DNA from: an uncultured Nitrososphaerota archaeon
GTDB taxonomy: Archaea; Thermoproteota; Nitrososphaeria; Nitrososphaerales; CADDZS01
Length of the DNA stretch: 64,000 bases
Reading direction: 5' to 3'
NCBI GenBank assembly: GCA_963799845.1
Contig: CAWCYI010000003.1
Location: 1 to 64,000 of the forward strand
A program made the translations under genes and the position numbers. Shown here piece by piece: positions 51,524 to 62,361 of the stretch. How positions within the stretch are numbered: position 1 is the first letter of the stretch; each line of letters opens with the position of its first letter. The notes under the pieces were generated by a model. That model was not told the origin of the DNA. It saw only the letters and a list, made by a program, of their open reading frames with translations, and made no database searches.

Positions 51524-52041
51524 CCTTTTTGGAACTTTCCGCTTGCGTTGTAGCTCAATAGCCCCGCGTAGATCGCCCAATGGATCAAAAGAGTCTGGAC
51601 GAGCTTTTCGTTAATTTCAGGTGTGTGGTGCCATCTGATGTCTTTCTGCCAGAGAACTTCGGCTATCTCCGAAGCAGAAGCGCTGCCTTTTTGGCTCACG
51701 ATCTCAAGCGCCGTCTTGAACGGCTCAATTTTTGATAGTTGGTCTTTTAGAAGACGCACCTTATTCTTTGAGGTTTTTTGGAATTTCAGACCGAATTCAG
51801 TCAGCGATATGTCGCCCTTTTCGACCTTGACAAGGCCGAGCATCTCTCCAGTGTCCAAGATTGGCAAGAGAGTAACTAGGTCACCTCCCAACTCGTCAGC
51901 AAGTCTAGCGGCATCGACAGCTGTACCGAGACCACCCACGATCTCGACGAGCCCAAGAACCTGTCCTGCCCTGACATTTGCTGGCATTATGAGCGGCTGA
52001 GAATCCATTGCGGACTGTTTTGAATCATGAGAAGTATCCAT
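51520..52041 (-). CDS. Stand-alone AAA-associated C-terminal domain of NitT/TauT ABC ATPases
   Basis: VLGLVE, LLPILDTGEMLG, GDISLTEFG, LIHWAIYAGLLSY; follows the ABC ATPase. Confidence 0.75.
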   Translation of the reverse strand: MDTSHDSKQSAMDSQPLIMPANVRAGQVLGLVEIVGGLGTAVDAARLADELGGDLVTLLPILDTGEMLGLVKVEKGDISLTEFGLKFQKTSKNKVRLLKDQLSKIEPFKTALEIVSQKGSASASEIAEVLWQKDIRWHHTPEINEKLVQTLLIHWAIYAGLLSYNASGKFQKG

Positions 52042-52051
52042 ATAGTTTCAC

Positions 52052-52879
52052 TTAGGTCGCAAGAAGCGAGTAGATTTTGTCCACCCAATCGTAAAACTCT
52101 TCGGATTTCTTGTTTCGAGGCCTCGGAAGATCGATTGTTAGATCTCCGACGACGTGTCCCGGTCTCGCAGACAGGACAACGACCTTATCGGCTAATTCCA
52201 CGATTTCTTCAACATTGTGACTAACCATGATTACGGTTTGAATTGAAGATGAGGGATTAATTAACAGTGAGTAAATTTCTTTTCTCAAGTGCTCGGCTGT
52301 AAGATCGTCAAGAGAACTAAACGGTTCGTCCATTAAGAGAACCTGTGGTGCGAGTGCCATCGCACGGGCGATACCTACTCTTTGTTTCATGCCACCCGAA
52401 AGCTCTCCAGGATAAACGTTCTCAAAACCCTTGAGGCCCGTGTCTTCGAGGGCCTTCAACGAGACCTCTTTCTTCTGTTCTTCGGTTAGATCTTTCCGGG
52501 ACGAGAGGCCAAACTCCACATTTTCAAGAGAAGTGCGCCAGGGTAGCAGAACGAAATTCTGGAAGATCATTGCTATCTCCGCCCTTGGCAGGGTAATCGG
52601 GGCATCGCGAAACTTGACAACGCCCGATGTCGGTTTTGCAAGCCCCCCGATGATGCGTAGAAGGGTAGACTTGCCACATCCCGAGGGTCCCGTTAATGTT
52701 ACGAACTGGTCTCTGGAAGCGGTCATCGAAACATCGTTCAAAACCGGCATCTGCTCCTTTTCTTTTCTGAAATCAAGACTGACGTGTTCGACAGAGATTA
52801 TCGGACCCCCGGTGAGATCGGTTTTATCGACCAAACCAGCTTGGGGCTGTGGAATAACATTTAATGAAGAATCACTCAA
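52052..52879 (-). CDS. ABC transporter ATPase (nitrate/sulfonate type)
   Basis: GPSGCGKST, LSGGMKQR, LLMDEPF, SH. Confidence 0.93.
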   Translation of the reverse strand: MSDSSLNVIPQPQAGLVDKTDLTGGPIISVEHVSLDFRKEKEQMPVLNDVSMTASRDQFVTLTGPSGCGKSTLLRIIGGLAKPTSGVVKFRDAPITLPRAEIAMIFQNFVLLPWRTSLENVEFGLSSRKDLTEEQKKEVSLKALEDTGLKGFENVYPGELSGGMKQRVGIARAMALAPQVLLMDEPFSSLDDLTAEHLRKEIYSLLINPSSSIQTVIMVSHNVEEIVELADKVVVLSARPGHVVGDLTIDLPRPRNKKSEEFYDWVDKIYSLLAT

Positions 52880-52899
52880 AGTAACTTCAACCTTTCATT

Positions 52900-54498
52900 C
52901 TATCTGTTGTAAACATACTTCTTCGTCGTGTAATGGTATACTCTTCTCCAAACAGTCAAATTGAATGTTACGATTAGGACCGTCATAGACAAAATGGCCA
53001 ATGTCAGTGTTACCAAATCTCCGTGAGCACCTGTATTTGTTGCGACAGTAATGACCTTTCCGATCCCGTATTGAACCTGGGTTAGTGGAGGTTTTGGAGG
53101 ATTTGGTTGGAAATATTCTGCGACGATCAATGTGTTCCATGCAGCACCCACAGCGGTAATTGACCCAGTTACAAAGGCAGTGAAAGTCGCTGGAAGGTAG
53201 ATGTTACGCCAGGCCTTCCAACTGGAGATCTGGAATTCCTTTTTCAGTTCGAACAATTCCGAAGGCAGACTCCTGATTCCGGCCATGACATTGAAGATGA
53301 CGTACCATATCATTCCCAGAAAAATGATGACGGCAGCGACTGCCTCTCCGTTCTCGTGTAGTGCGATCACAAGAGCCGGGAGAAGGATTGGCGCCGGAAC
53401 CGAAGCGATAACCTCCAAGACCGGAGAAGCTCCATCGTATAACTTGTTGCTCAGAGCAATCGTGATCCCTAACGGAACAGCGACCGCGATGCAGATGAAG
53501 TAGACGTACCAAATCCTCACGAATGAAAACAAGAGGCCGGTCAGGACATTTCTTTCGTCAGAAAATAGAATCGAGCCGCTGGGGATATGGTTGATCGCTG
53601 AAGGAATCGACAAGATGGCACTGAACTCGAACGCAACGAAAATCGCCGCGAGAATTAGAATGACAATCTTATACCCTCTCTTCAGAAGGTTTAGAGAGGA
53701 TGAAAATCTCGTCACGCCCCTCCCCTGCGTGTAGAGAAACAATTTCGAAATTGACCTATGATTAACCCAAGAATAGAACTTCATGATCGGATCTTTTCGG
53801 ATTTCCCTCGGCTCTTCCACAAATTTGTATCTCTCCGACCAGAGCGAGAATTCCCTAAGGAAAATGAATTGCCAGATTACGACTGCAATTATTAGGGCAA
53901 TGATCGCATAGGTATAGTTCGTCCACTCAGGTGGGGTCGCATCTGCAAAATTGATGATAGCAACTCCAATTCCATAGGTGACGTGTTCGTTTTTCGTACC
54001 GAGGGAAAAGATCTCACTGGAAACGAGATAGAAAAGGCCGACCGCCCAGGATGTCTGGGTGTTGTACGCGATCCTGCTGAGGGAAGCGGGTACGTAGAGA
54101 GTGGTTATCCTGTGCCATGTACTCGATTGTGATATTTCCGAAAGGTCAATGTAATCCTGAGGGATCGATTTTACCGCTTCGTAAACGCCGAACGCGATGT
54201 TCCAGGACATGCTCGTGAAGATTAGAATGATAACAGCAATGTCGACTCCCAGCTCTCCTGGAACGACGTTTACGACCGCGAGAATGACGATCGGAAAAAA
54301 TCCGAGGATCGGTATCGATTGAAATACGTCCAGAAGCGGTATGATTATCGCTTCAGCCCGCTTATTTCGAGCGGCGGTTATGCCAATAGTGAGGCTGAAC
54401 AAGATGCTCAGGACGAGTGCGACAAGCATCCTAGACCAGGAGTAAATGATGTCGATTACAATCAGGAGGATGCTAAAATCTGACGTAATCGACGGCAC
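52900..54498 (-). CDS. ABC transporter permease (duplicated NitT-type)
   Basis: Two permease halves; LDVFQSIPILGF, WNTLIVAE. Confidence 0.9.
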   Translation of the reverse strand: MPSITSDFSILLIVIDIIYSWSRMLVALVLSILFSLTIGITAARNKRAEAIIIPLLDVFQSIPILGFFPIVILAVVNVVPGELGVDIAVIILIFTSMSWNIAFGVYEAVKSIPQDYIDLSEISQSSTWHRITTLYVPASLSRIAYNTQTSWAVGLFYLVSSEIFSLGTKNEHVTYGIGVAIINFADATPPEWTNYTYAIIALIIAVVIWQFIFLREFSLWSERYKFVEEPREIRKDPIMKFYSWVNHRSISKLFLYTQGRGVTRFSSSLNLLKRGYKIVILILAAIFVAFEFSAILSIPSAINHIPSGSILFSDERNVLTGLLFSFVRIWYVYFICIAVAVPLGITIALSNKLYDGASPVLEVIASVPAPILLPALVIALHENGEAVAAVIIFLGMIWYVIFNVMAGIRSLPSELFELKKEFQISSWKAWRNIYLPATFTAFVTGSITAVGAAWNTLIVAEYFQPNPPKPPLTQVQYGIGKVITVATNTGAHGDLVTLTLAILSMTVLIVTFNLTVWRRVYHYTTKKYVYNR

Positions 54499-54671
54499 TC
54501 CTTCATTGTTGTTTGACTCTGTTCGTAATTAACCGAATTTGATGGGCCGTATGGAGTTTGAATACCTGGGAAGCTAGCGCCCAGTAGGGTGAGCTTTATT
54601 TCTCTATGAAAAGGAACCCTGAAATTTCGGCGATTTACGCCTTTCGCAACTTTTTCTAGAAAATTGAGTCA

Positions 54672-54968
54672 TTATGATTTCGCAGGTTCGGGTGGCTTTA
54701 TTTTGACCTGGAGCTCTTCCTCTTTTTGTTTCTTGGATGCAAGTGAAATTAGCAGCTTAATTTTCTTTTGATAGCTTGAGGCGGAGGTCGTACACTTGAC
54801 CCACTTTGGATAGTCGGGCGTGCCTTCCGCGAATACCAGAAGGACATCGACAAGTTTGAGATATGTCCCTATGGCCTCTACGTAATCCTGGGTCTTTTCT
54901 TCACCCGCTCCTTTTTGTTCAAGGTACTGGACGTAGCCTTCCAGTTTTTTCAGTTCGGCAGGGTTCAA
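54672..54968 (-). CDS. Stand-alone MIT-like three-helix protein
   Basis: GAGEEKTQDYVEAIGTYLKLVDVL...YQKKIKLL resembles the MIT pattern. Confidence 0.55.
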   Translation of the reverse strand: MNPAELKKLEGYVQYLEQKGAGEEKTQDYVEAIGTYLKLVDVLLVFAEGTPDYPKWVKCTTSASSYQKKIKLLISLASKKQKEEELQVKIKPPEPAKS

Positions 54969-55197
54969 CGGGTAACTGAAGGTTTACTGTTCGCACATCA
55001 AAAATCACCCGCAGTCAAATTGACTAAACAGATCTATCGAATTATGCGCACCATTTCTGATCGAAATCCCGTAGCGGCCCTCAACCGATAAATGCTAAAA
55101 GCCGTTATTCATCTCATAATAGGGAGAAAAAATCAATTCACTTGTTAAACCAAATCAACCTAGGCCTTTTCTCCCGCATTTTATCTGCTTGTCCTGA

Positions 55198-55464
55198 ATG
55201 AATTTGGAACGTACGTTCGAAAATGAGCCAATAGCAGTTGCCTATCCTGTGACATTGATATCGAAAGATGTAACTCCGTTGAAAGAAACAAAGAAAATGG
55301 TTTTGAAGTGCAAGTCGTGCGGTCAGGATTTTGACAGCACTTATTCGATAGAGGAATTCTCGATGCTTTCCAAAGAACAGTATGAAGCTGGGACTCTGCA
55401 TTTATGTCCTTCATGCGGAAATCTGTCGATCTACGTTCTGAAAGATTACGGAGAGCCAAAATGA
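55198..55464 (+). CDS. Zn-ribbon protein (start uncertain)
   Basis: CKSCG...CPSCG. Confidence 0.7.
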   Translation: MNLERTFENEPIAVAYPVTLISKDVTPLKETKKMVLKCKSCGQDFDSTYSIEEFSMLSKEQYEAGTLHLCPSCGNLSIYVLKDYGEPK

Positions 55465-55960
55465 AACAAATGTAATATACTTGAAGTTGCTTACGTACCC
55501 CATTTTCAGTTCGGATCAAGGTGATCCGGACATCTAACAAATACTAGTTCGTATTAGTTCTCAAACGAAAATTCCGTCGTTTTGAAAGCGTGAATTTTCT
55601 CTTAGGTCTTGATGCCGTACCCGTGGACCTGTTTTACATTCTAAAGCAATTGATTCACTTTCATTGATTTATTATGCAATTATTGACCTGTTCTACACGG
55701 GGGCGCAATTTTGCGTACCGAAGAGCTCGTTTCAAGCTCTGTTGGCCTCTGGCAGCTTGATTTTGAGATTTCTGGTTAGATGATGTCGGTCTGAAGTCAT
55801 TTCGAAAAATCATTGAAGAACGCAGGTCTTTCCATCACACCTGAAAATCTCAACGAAGACGGTATGTGTAAGCTGGTAGGAGCACGTTTCTAACGTCAGC
55901 TGCAATCAGTCTCAAAACTGATATAGAGCGGAGAGCGCCGGTCGTGCAAATTACCTTCGA

Positions 55961-56452
55961 ATGAAATCTCGTGAACCATCGCTGGCTGACAGCCCAAAAA
56001 GGCCGAGGGTGACGCGGCAGTCGCTGACCGTGCACGCTCAGCGCAAAGCCGAGGAAGCGACGGAGGACTATCTCGAGACGATAAACTCTCTGATCAACGA
56101 AAAGGGGTACGCTGCGTCGGTTGACATTGCGGAGAGGATGAACGTCTCGAAACCGACCGTAACCAGTATCGTGAAAAAACTCCACAACCAGGGTTATCTC
56201 GTTCACGAAAAATATCGCGGGCTCAAACTGACTCTCAAGGGCAAGAGGCTAGCGGAGGAGATGCAGAAAAAGCACAAGCTCATCACGAGCTTTCTAGTTC
56301 TGTTTGGAGTGGAGGAGAGCATCGCGCGTGAAGACGCCGAGAAGATAGAGCACGGGCTGCACGCCGAGACTCTGGATAAGCTAGAGAAATTCACCGAATA
56401 CGTTCTTTCAAATCCAGAGCAATTTAGAAAATACAGGATGGCGCTAGGCTAG
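55961..56452 (+). CDS. DtxR/MntR metal-dependent regulator
   Basis: EDYLETI, DIAERMNVSKPTVT, LTLKG, DAEKIEH. Confidence 0.92.
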   Translation: MKSREPSLADSPKRPRVTRQSLTVHAQRKAEEATEDYLETINSLINEKGYAASVDIAERMNVSKPTVTSIVKKLHNQGYLVHEKYRGLKLTLKGKRLAEEMQKKHKLITSFLVLFGVEESIAREDAEKIEHGLHAETLDKLEKFTEYVLSNPEQFRKYRMALG

Positions 56453-57525
56453 CCCTCACTGAATTCCACTATGGACTTTATTTCTTCTTCGCTTTCCGGA
56501 CTGTAGATCTTCTGCGGATCGTCAGGTCCCGCCTTTCGGGTTATGATGCTCGAAAGTAATTTCGGCCATTTCTTCTGAATCCTGACGAGGTCCTTCGCTC
56601 CCATTGCAAAATACGAGATGTTTGCGTTCACAGATCCAAAATGAAGTTTGTTTCCAAGAACCAGTTCCGTGAACAATTTCCCGACATTCAGAGATTCCTG
56701 GTCTTCTCTGTAGATTCCCAGATAACATAAAATCCCGTTGACGCGGATCAAGTCCTGAGCCTGGGCGGCAACGGATGGACTGCCAGTTACTTCAAAGACC
56801 ATATCATACTGATTATCCAGAGATGATATTGGAGTCTCCTTCGCATTTACATACGTTGCGCCCGTACTCTCTATCAGCCTCGCCTTCATGCTATCCTTTG
56901 ATCGCGTAGCTACAGCATCGACTTCGAGACCCTGCAGTCTCAGGAGCGCCGTGGCGAGTATCCCGACCGGCCCCGCACCCAGTACGAGTGCCCTCTTTGG
57001 CTTCCAGATCAACCGCGATTTCTGAAGAGCGTAAGTCTGAACCAGCCCTTTTTCCACTATTGTCAGCGGCTCGAGCAAAACTCCCTGCTGGGACAGAGAT
57101 TCTGGCATTTTTACGATATACGAGGAATCGCTCTTTGCAAACTCCGAAGCGAAACCGTTGAGTCCCTTTATCCCGTGCTCCTTGTAGTGGCCGGTGTAGC
57201 ACATGTCTGACTGATGATTTCTACAGCTCACACAATTTTCAGGGCACCCTCTTCGAACCGTGGGAACGACGAGTTCTCCGACCTTGTAGCCGCGAACGCC
57301 GGGGCCGAGTTTTTCAATTCTGCAAAGAGATTCGTGCCCCAAAACAAGATAATCCGATCCCTGCGGAGCTTCGCCGTAAAAACCCGACATGATGTCGCGA
57401 TCAGTGCCGCAGATGCCGACTCGAAGGACCTTCAACAGCACCTCCTTCTTCGCAGGGACGGGCACAGGAATGTCCATCAGTTTCAGGGAATTTTGCGTCC
57501 TCGGAACTACAGTAATTGCCTTCAA
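56449..57525 (-). CDS. gdh: Zn-dependent glucose 1-dehydrogenase (archaeal type)
   Basis: GICGTD, LGHES, VVPTVRR, EHGI, LEPL, GAGPVG, GSVNA. Confidence 0.88.
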   Translation of the reverse strand: MKAITVVPRTQNSLKLMDIPVPVPAKKEVLLKVLRVGICGTDRDIMSGFYGEAPQGSDYLVLGHESLCRIEKLGPGVRGYKVGELVVPTVRRGCPENCVSCRNHQSDMCYTGHYKEHGIKGLNGFASEFAKSDSSYIVKMPESLSQQGVLLEPLTIVEKGLVQTYALQKSRLIWKPKRALVLGAGPVGILATALLRLQGLEVDAVATRSKDSMKARLIESTGATYVNAKETPISSLDNQYDMVFEVTGSPSVAAQAQDLIRVNGILCYLGIYREDQESLNVGKLFTELVLGNKLHFGSVNANISYFAMGAKDLVRIQKKWPKLLSSIITRKAGPDDPQKIYSPESEEEIKSIVEFSEG

Positions 57526-57639
57526 GATTCTCTCGAAACTTGCGGTAATCTCTTTGGTAAAATAGTTTGAGATCGATTCATCGTCGTTCGAGTACGCTTT
57601 TCTACCAAGCCGATTGTTCGGGTGTGATGAGGATAACCA

Positions 57640-58266
57640 GTGCCGGTCTCTACGAGGAGATACACCGAGTCCAAGCTCGCCACATCGGATTACATTCAGA
57701 GACGCAACTGGGTTAGACTCTTCGAACTCTGCGGGACGCGCGATGACGAGGCCGCGAAAACAATTGCCGTGATTTTAACACTTTACGATCCGAGGAATGT
57801 GTGGAGATTCTTGGATTACATCCATGCTCTCACCGCAGGGGAGCGTAGAGAAAAGCGTGATTCTGTTGCCACGGCATGTTACATTATTGGAAAAATGGGT
57901 CAATCAAACACCGAAAAATCCCTGAGCTACCTCAAGTTGTTTCTCTCCGACGATCACATGTTGCGCGCTCCTGTAACTCAGGCTCTTTCGAATCTCTGGG
58001 TGCTGGACAGTAGGAAGACTTTGAGAATCGTCCTGAGATCATGGGTGCTTAACGACGAGGACAACGATGACCTGCGGGAAGTAGGGGTAAGATCCTCCGA
58101 ATTCCTCGCCAGCAAGGCGCCCCAAATGGTAGCGTCTTTTCTGGTGAGGGTTGCCGCGATGAAAGATCAAAAGATTGCGGCAAAAGCAGCAGAGGAACTG
58201 CTCTCCAATTACCCGGGCGTAACTAGGGAGCGTAAAGCGGCACCGAAAATTCGAAGGAAAAAGTAA
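57640..58266 (+). CDS. Helical (HEAT-like) hypothetical protein
   Basis: 208-aa ORF with alpha-helical repeat character. Confidence 0.55.
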   Translation: MPVSTRRYTESKLATSDYIQRRNWVRLFELCGTRDDEAAKTIAVILTLYDPRNVWRFLDYIHALTAGERREKRDSVATACYIIGKMGQSNTEKSLSYLKLFLSDDHMLRAPVTQALSNLWVLDSRKTLRIVLRSWVLNDEDNDDLREVGVRSSEFLASKAPQMVASFLVRVAAMKDQKIAAKAAEELLSNYPGVTRERKAAPKIRRKK

Positions 58267-58267
58267 T

Positions 58268-58468
58268 TCACTGTACCAGCTTCATCTTCGCGACGTGATT
58301 CATGAAGCATGGCGGCCCCTCATTTATCCACAGGAACGGCCGGGTGATGCAGACAAAGCCTTCAGCAGTCGAGTGAAGACACTTTACCTTGACCCCTTCT
58401 GGAACCCCCGCCCCGGGCTTTTTTTCGCAGTAGGGACAGTTTGAATTCTCGTACTGAAGATAAATAGC
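58268..58468 (-). CDS. Small Cys-rich protein (CPYC); 5' end disrupted
   Basis: AIYLQYENSNCPYCEKKPGAGVPEGVKVKCLHSTAEGFVCITRPFLWINEGPPCFMNHVAKMKLVQ*; no in-frame start. Confidence 0.45.
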   Translation of the reverse strand, partial: AIYLQYENSNCPYCEKKPGAGVPEGVKVKCLHSTAEGFVCITRPFLWINEGPPCFMNHVAKMKLVQ

Positions 58469-58872
58469 TCATCAAGCTGTTTGGAAATGTTGGCGGAGCG
58501 CTCGTCGTTATCGGTTTTCTAGGAATGTTCTACATCAGGTACCGCGAGGATGCCTCGATCTGGCGCTTGACCCGTTCACGTATTCCTCATGACTTTGTTC
58601 TTGGCTGTCGTGACCGGATTTGTCGCGCAACAAACGATATACTCTTCGATGGGATCGGAGTGGGTCTCGAGTTCTTTTTGGATTCACATGGTTTTCGTGA
58701 TAACATTGCTCGCGACGGCACCGTTTACTAAATTCTACCATGCGATCTCAAAACCAATTTCTCTCCTATACCAGGAGATCGACAGAGAACGGGCGCCGAG
58801 CCGCTTCTCCCATTGGTAGAGGCACCGACTACGAGCACGACGGACGATGAAAATTCCAAACAAAACAAGTGA
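58468..58872 (+). pseudogene. C-terminal part of a QmoC/HdrE/NarI-type heme-b membrane anchor, 5'-truncated and frameshifted
   Basis: IKLFGNVGGALVVIG...FWIHMVFV...APFTKFYH; directly upstream of aprB. Confidence 0.65.
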
Positions 58873-58876
58873 GAAA

Positions 58877-59321
58877 ATGCCGACTTTTGTGTATGCATCA
58901 TTATGCGATGGTTGTGGCAAGTGCGTCGACATCTGTCCTAGCGATATCATGCACCTTACTCATAGCATCTTCAGTGGGAGGAAACAATATCGAACCAAGT
59001 TATTGCTGGGAGTGCTACTCGTGCGTGAAGGAGTGCCCCCAACACGCGATTGATATTCGCGGTTACGCATCGTGCTGCTGGATCACAGGCTAACCGTGCT
59101 TCGCGACGAAGACAAGAACGAGATTCACTGGAAGATAAAATACCGGGACAACTCGAAAAACCAATTCACGTTTCCCATCCGGACGACAAGCGGGCGCGTC
59201 AAATCCCCGCAGAAGCTCGAATCAACCAAAGCCTGAGGATTTTCTATCGCATCTCCTTGCGCATGAACCGGAATATCTGAAGATTGAACGTGGACTGCCT
59301 ACGCTTTCGCAAACCAAATAG
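58877..59321 (+). pseudogene. aprB: Adenylylsulfate reductase beta subunit (frameshifted)
   Basis: MPTFVY...CDGCGKCVDICPSDIMH...NIEP...CWECYSCVKECPQHAIDIRGYA. Confidence 0.9.
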
Positions 59322-59345
59322 TGACTTCGCATAACTTTCTCCGAA

Positions 59346-61186
59346 ATGAAAAGTGATAGCTCCTGAAGACGAAGACGGTACTGTGACATACTGGTCATCG
59401 GAGGGGGAATGGCCGGATGCGGAGCAGCGGACCAGGCGAGGTACGGGGGTCGCAATCTAAACGTGGTCGTCGTCGAGAAGGCTCAGATCAGCGGAGCGGG
59501 GCCGCGGCCATGGGGCTGTCTGCGATTAACTGCTATATGGGAATGCGATGGAACGAAAACACCCCTGAAGATTTCGTGAAGTACACAAGAAACGACCTGA
59601 TGGGCCTCGTCAGGGAGGTCTCGAATTTGACATTGCAAGGCACGTAGATTCCACCGTGCACCTCTTCGAAGAGTGGGTGCTCCCAATAATCTATGACAGC
59701 CAGACTGGGCGCTACAAGAGAGAAGGAGGGTGGCAGAGAATCTGATCCATGGCGAGTCGTACAAACCAATTGTTGCCGAAGCCGCAACCAAGGCTGCAAC
59801 CAAAGTCTACAACAGAATAATGATCACACATCTTTTGACCGACGAGATAAATCCGAATCGCATCGCGGGTGCCGTAGGATTTCACATACGAGATGGAGCC
59901 TTCTACATTTTTCGCGCCAGAAGGACTGTAATCGTTGCCTCAGGGGGAGGGACGCACATCTTCCGACCGAGATCGGTTGGAGAAGGCGCGGGAAGAACGT
60001 GGTATGCACCCTGGAGTACCGGGTCCCGCGTATGCCCTAATAATCGGGGTCGGAGCCGAGATGACTCAGATGGAAAACAAGCTTGTCGTCACCAGGTTCA
60101 AGGATGGATACGGCGAGTCGGCGCGTGGTTCCTTGCCCTGAAGGCGGTTGCGACAAACGCGTACGGCGAAGATTATGAATTGAGGTACCCGGAAGATCAG
60201 AGAACCCTATACGGCAATTACGTTGATTCCAAACCATTTCCTACGTGTCTTCGAAACGACGCGATGCTCAGAGAGATCAAGGCGGGCAGGCAACCGATCT
60301 ACATACACACTGAGAGAGTTCTCGATACGAGGGAGAAGGAGGAACTCGGTCACGAAGATTTCCTCGACATGACGATGAGCCAGACAATTGTGTGGGCTTC
60401 GCAGAACATTTATCCGAAGAAAAGACCATCTGAACTGCAGACATCCGAACCGTATATCATGGGATCGCACGCCACCTGCTCTGGCGCGTGGGCGAGCGGC
60501 CCTCAGGATGTTTCTCCAAAGAATACTTTTGGGGGTACAACCGGATGACCACAATCGAGGGACTCGTCCGGTGCGGGTGACACGATAGGGGGCTCTCTGC
60601 CCACAAGTTCTCTTCTGGCTCGTTCACCGAAGGCAGGCTGGCGGGTAAAGCCGCTGTTGCGTACGTGACGGATCATCCGAGCCACTCTGAAGTTTCAGAG
60701 AAGGCTTTGGCTGAACTAAAGCAGGAAATATTCCAACCGCTGGAGAATTATTCACTTGGAAGGAACTTGATAACGAAGGGAACCGTCTCCCCATCTTACC
60801 TGTACGCTGACCAATTTGTCGTGATGGAGAAGTTAATGGACGAGTACGTTGGCGGCTGGGGGCCCATGTACACGACGAATGAGATTCTCCTCAATCGAGG
60901 GCTGGAGCTCATGACGATGCTGAGGGAAGATTTGGCGCACATCGCAGGAGAAGATTTGCACCAAGCTCCAAAGAGCGTGGAGCTCACAACACAGAGTAGT
61001 GACGGCCGAGGCCGTGCTGAGGCACACTATCTTCAGAAAGGAAACTCGGTGGCCCGGTTACTGTTACAGGGCAGATTTTCCAAGTTCTACTACGTAAACT
61101 GGCACGTATTCGTAAATTCAAAGTATGATAGGTCAACCGGAAACTGGCAGTCTTTCACCAGGCCTTGTATTCGCATAGTTCCCTAA
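59346..61186 (+). pseudogene. aprA: Adenylylsulfate reductase alpha subunit (many frameshifts)
   Basis: DILVIGGGMAGCGAA, GLSAINCYMG, NDLMGLVRE, ARHVDSTVHLFEEW, IHGESYKPIVAEAA, RPRSVGEGAGRTWYAPW, RFKDGYG, EPYIMGSH, HKFSSGSFTEGR. Confidence 0.9.
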
Positions 61187-61239
61187 TCTACTTCATTGCA
61201 ATATTAAAGCGAAATCTCTGACGAAATTTCAGAAAAAAT

Positions 61240-62345
61240 TTGAAAATCGCCTCATTGAGTTCATTCCCGTCTCCTTACCGCTCGATGCTCCGTTTCATCC
61301 CGCCTGGTTTCCCAACGTATGCAATCGAAAAATCCGCCGACGGCACCCTCATCAGGCTCCGCACCGACGAAGGAATTACTGGCTATGGATGGCAGAATTC
61401 ATTCGGGTCGGAAATCAAGATTATCGGAGAATCTAGGGTCTTCAAAGATCTCGTTCTGGTAACTTCATCTTTCAGCCAGAAAAATCATCCGGATTCTCAA
61501 CGGCATCACGTACAGCATGAACACCGTCGAATCCGTGGTGGTCGAGAGGCAATGTGGGACGCAATCGGAAAAGCGTGCAGGCAACCGATCCATAAGGTGC
61601 CGGGCTGCGCCCAGGATCCAGTGTTGGTGTACGCGAGCACCGGTATGCTGAAAACTCCCGAGGACACGCTGGAGATGCTCTAAAATATCTGGAGATTGGA
61701 TTTGAGAGTGATCAAGATCAGAATCCACAGCGAGTATCTGGAAAAAGATATCACTCCGATAAAGGCGGTAAGGGATGCCGTGAAGGACGAGATGAAGATC
61801 ATGGTTGATGCAAACCAGGCAGTGACGTTCTCCGGTCCCTTCTGGACTTACAGGAGGTTCCTGAAACCGCAAGAGAACTCGAGAAGGTGGGACGTCTACT
61901 GGCTGGAGGAGCCGCTTTACCACGCAGTCCATAAGAATCTCGGCGAGGCTTTCGAAAGAAGTCGATGTCCAGATTGCAGGCGGAGAAGATGAGAACGGGT
62001 TCTTCCGGTTCAAGGAGCTGATTGATGGAGATTGCTTTGACATCATTCAGGCTGATGTATGCGCGTCGGGCGGAATCCTGCAGTTGAAAAAAGTCGCCGC
62101 CCTCGCGGAAGCTGCAAACAGTCTTCGTTCCACACTCCTTCGATGCGCCGATCACTCTTGCTGTGACATTAGCTCATCGGATCAGTTCCAAACGCACCGT
62201 TTGTCGAGTACGGGATAGATTCCTCCCTGCTCTAAACTGGGGACATGACAAGATCTTGAAAAAACCAATTGAGGTTTCAAAGGACGGGTACGTAAAAATC
62301 CCCGACGGGCCAGGTTGGGAATTGAAATCGATGATTCATATTTAG
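61240..62345 (+). pseudogene. Mandelate racemase/enolase-superfamily enzyme (frameshifted)
   Basis: LRTDEGITGYG, AMWDAIGK, VIKIR, MVDANQ, WLEEP, GGE, IPDGPG. Confidence 0.8.
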
Positions 62346-62361
62346 ATAAGCACACGGTGAA

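Noticed and set aside
58300-58430. GC-rich stretch plus T-run as SRP/RNase P RNA or terminator
   Set aside because: No SRP or RNase P consensus; it reads as a Cys-rich coding frame on the minus strand
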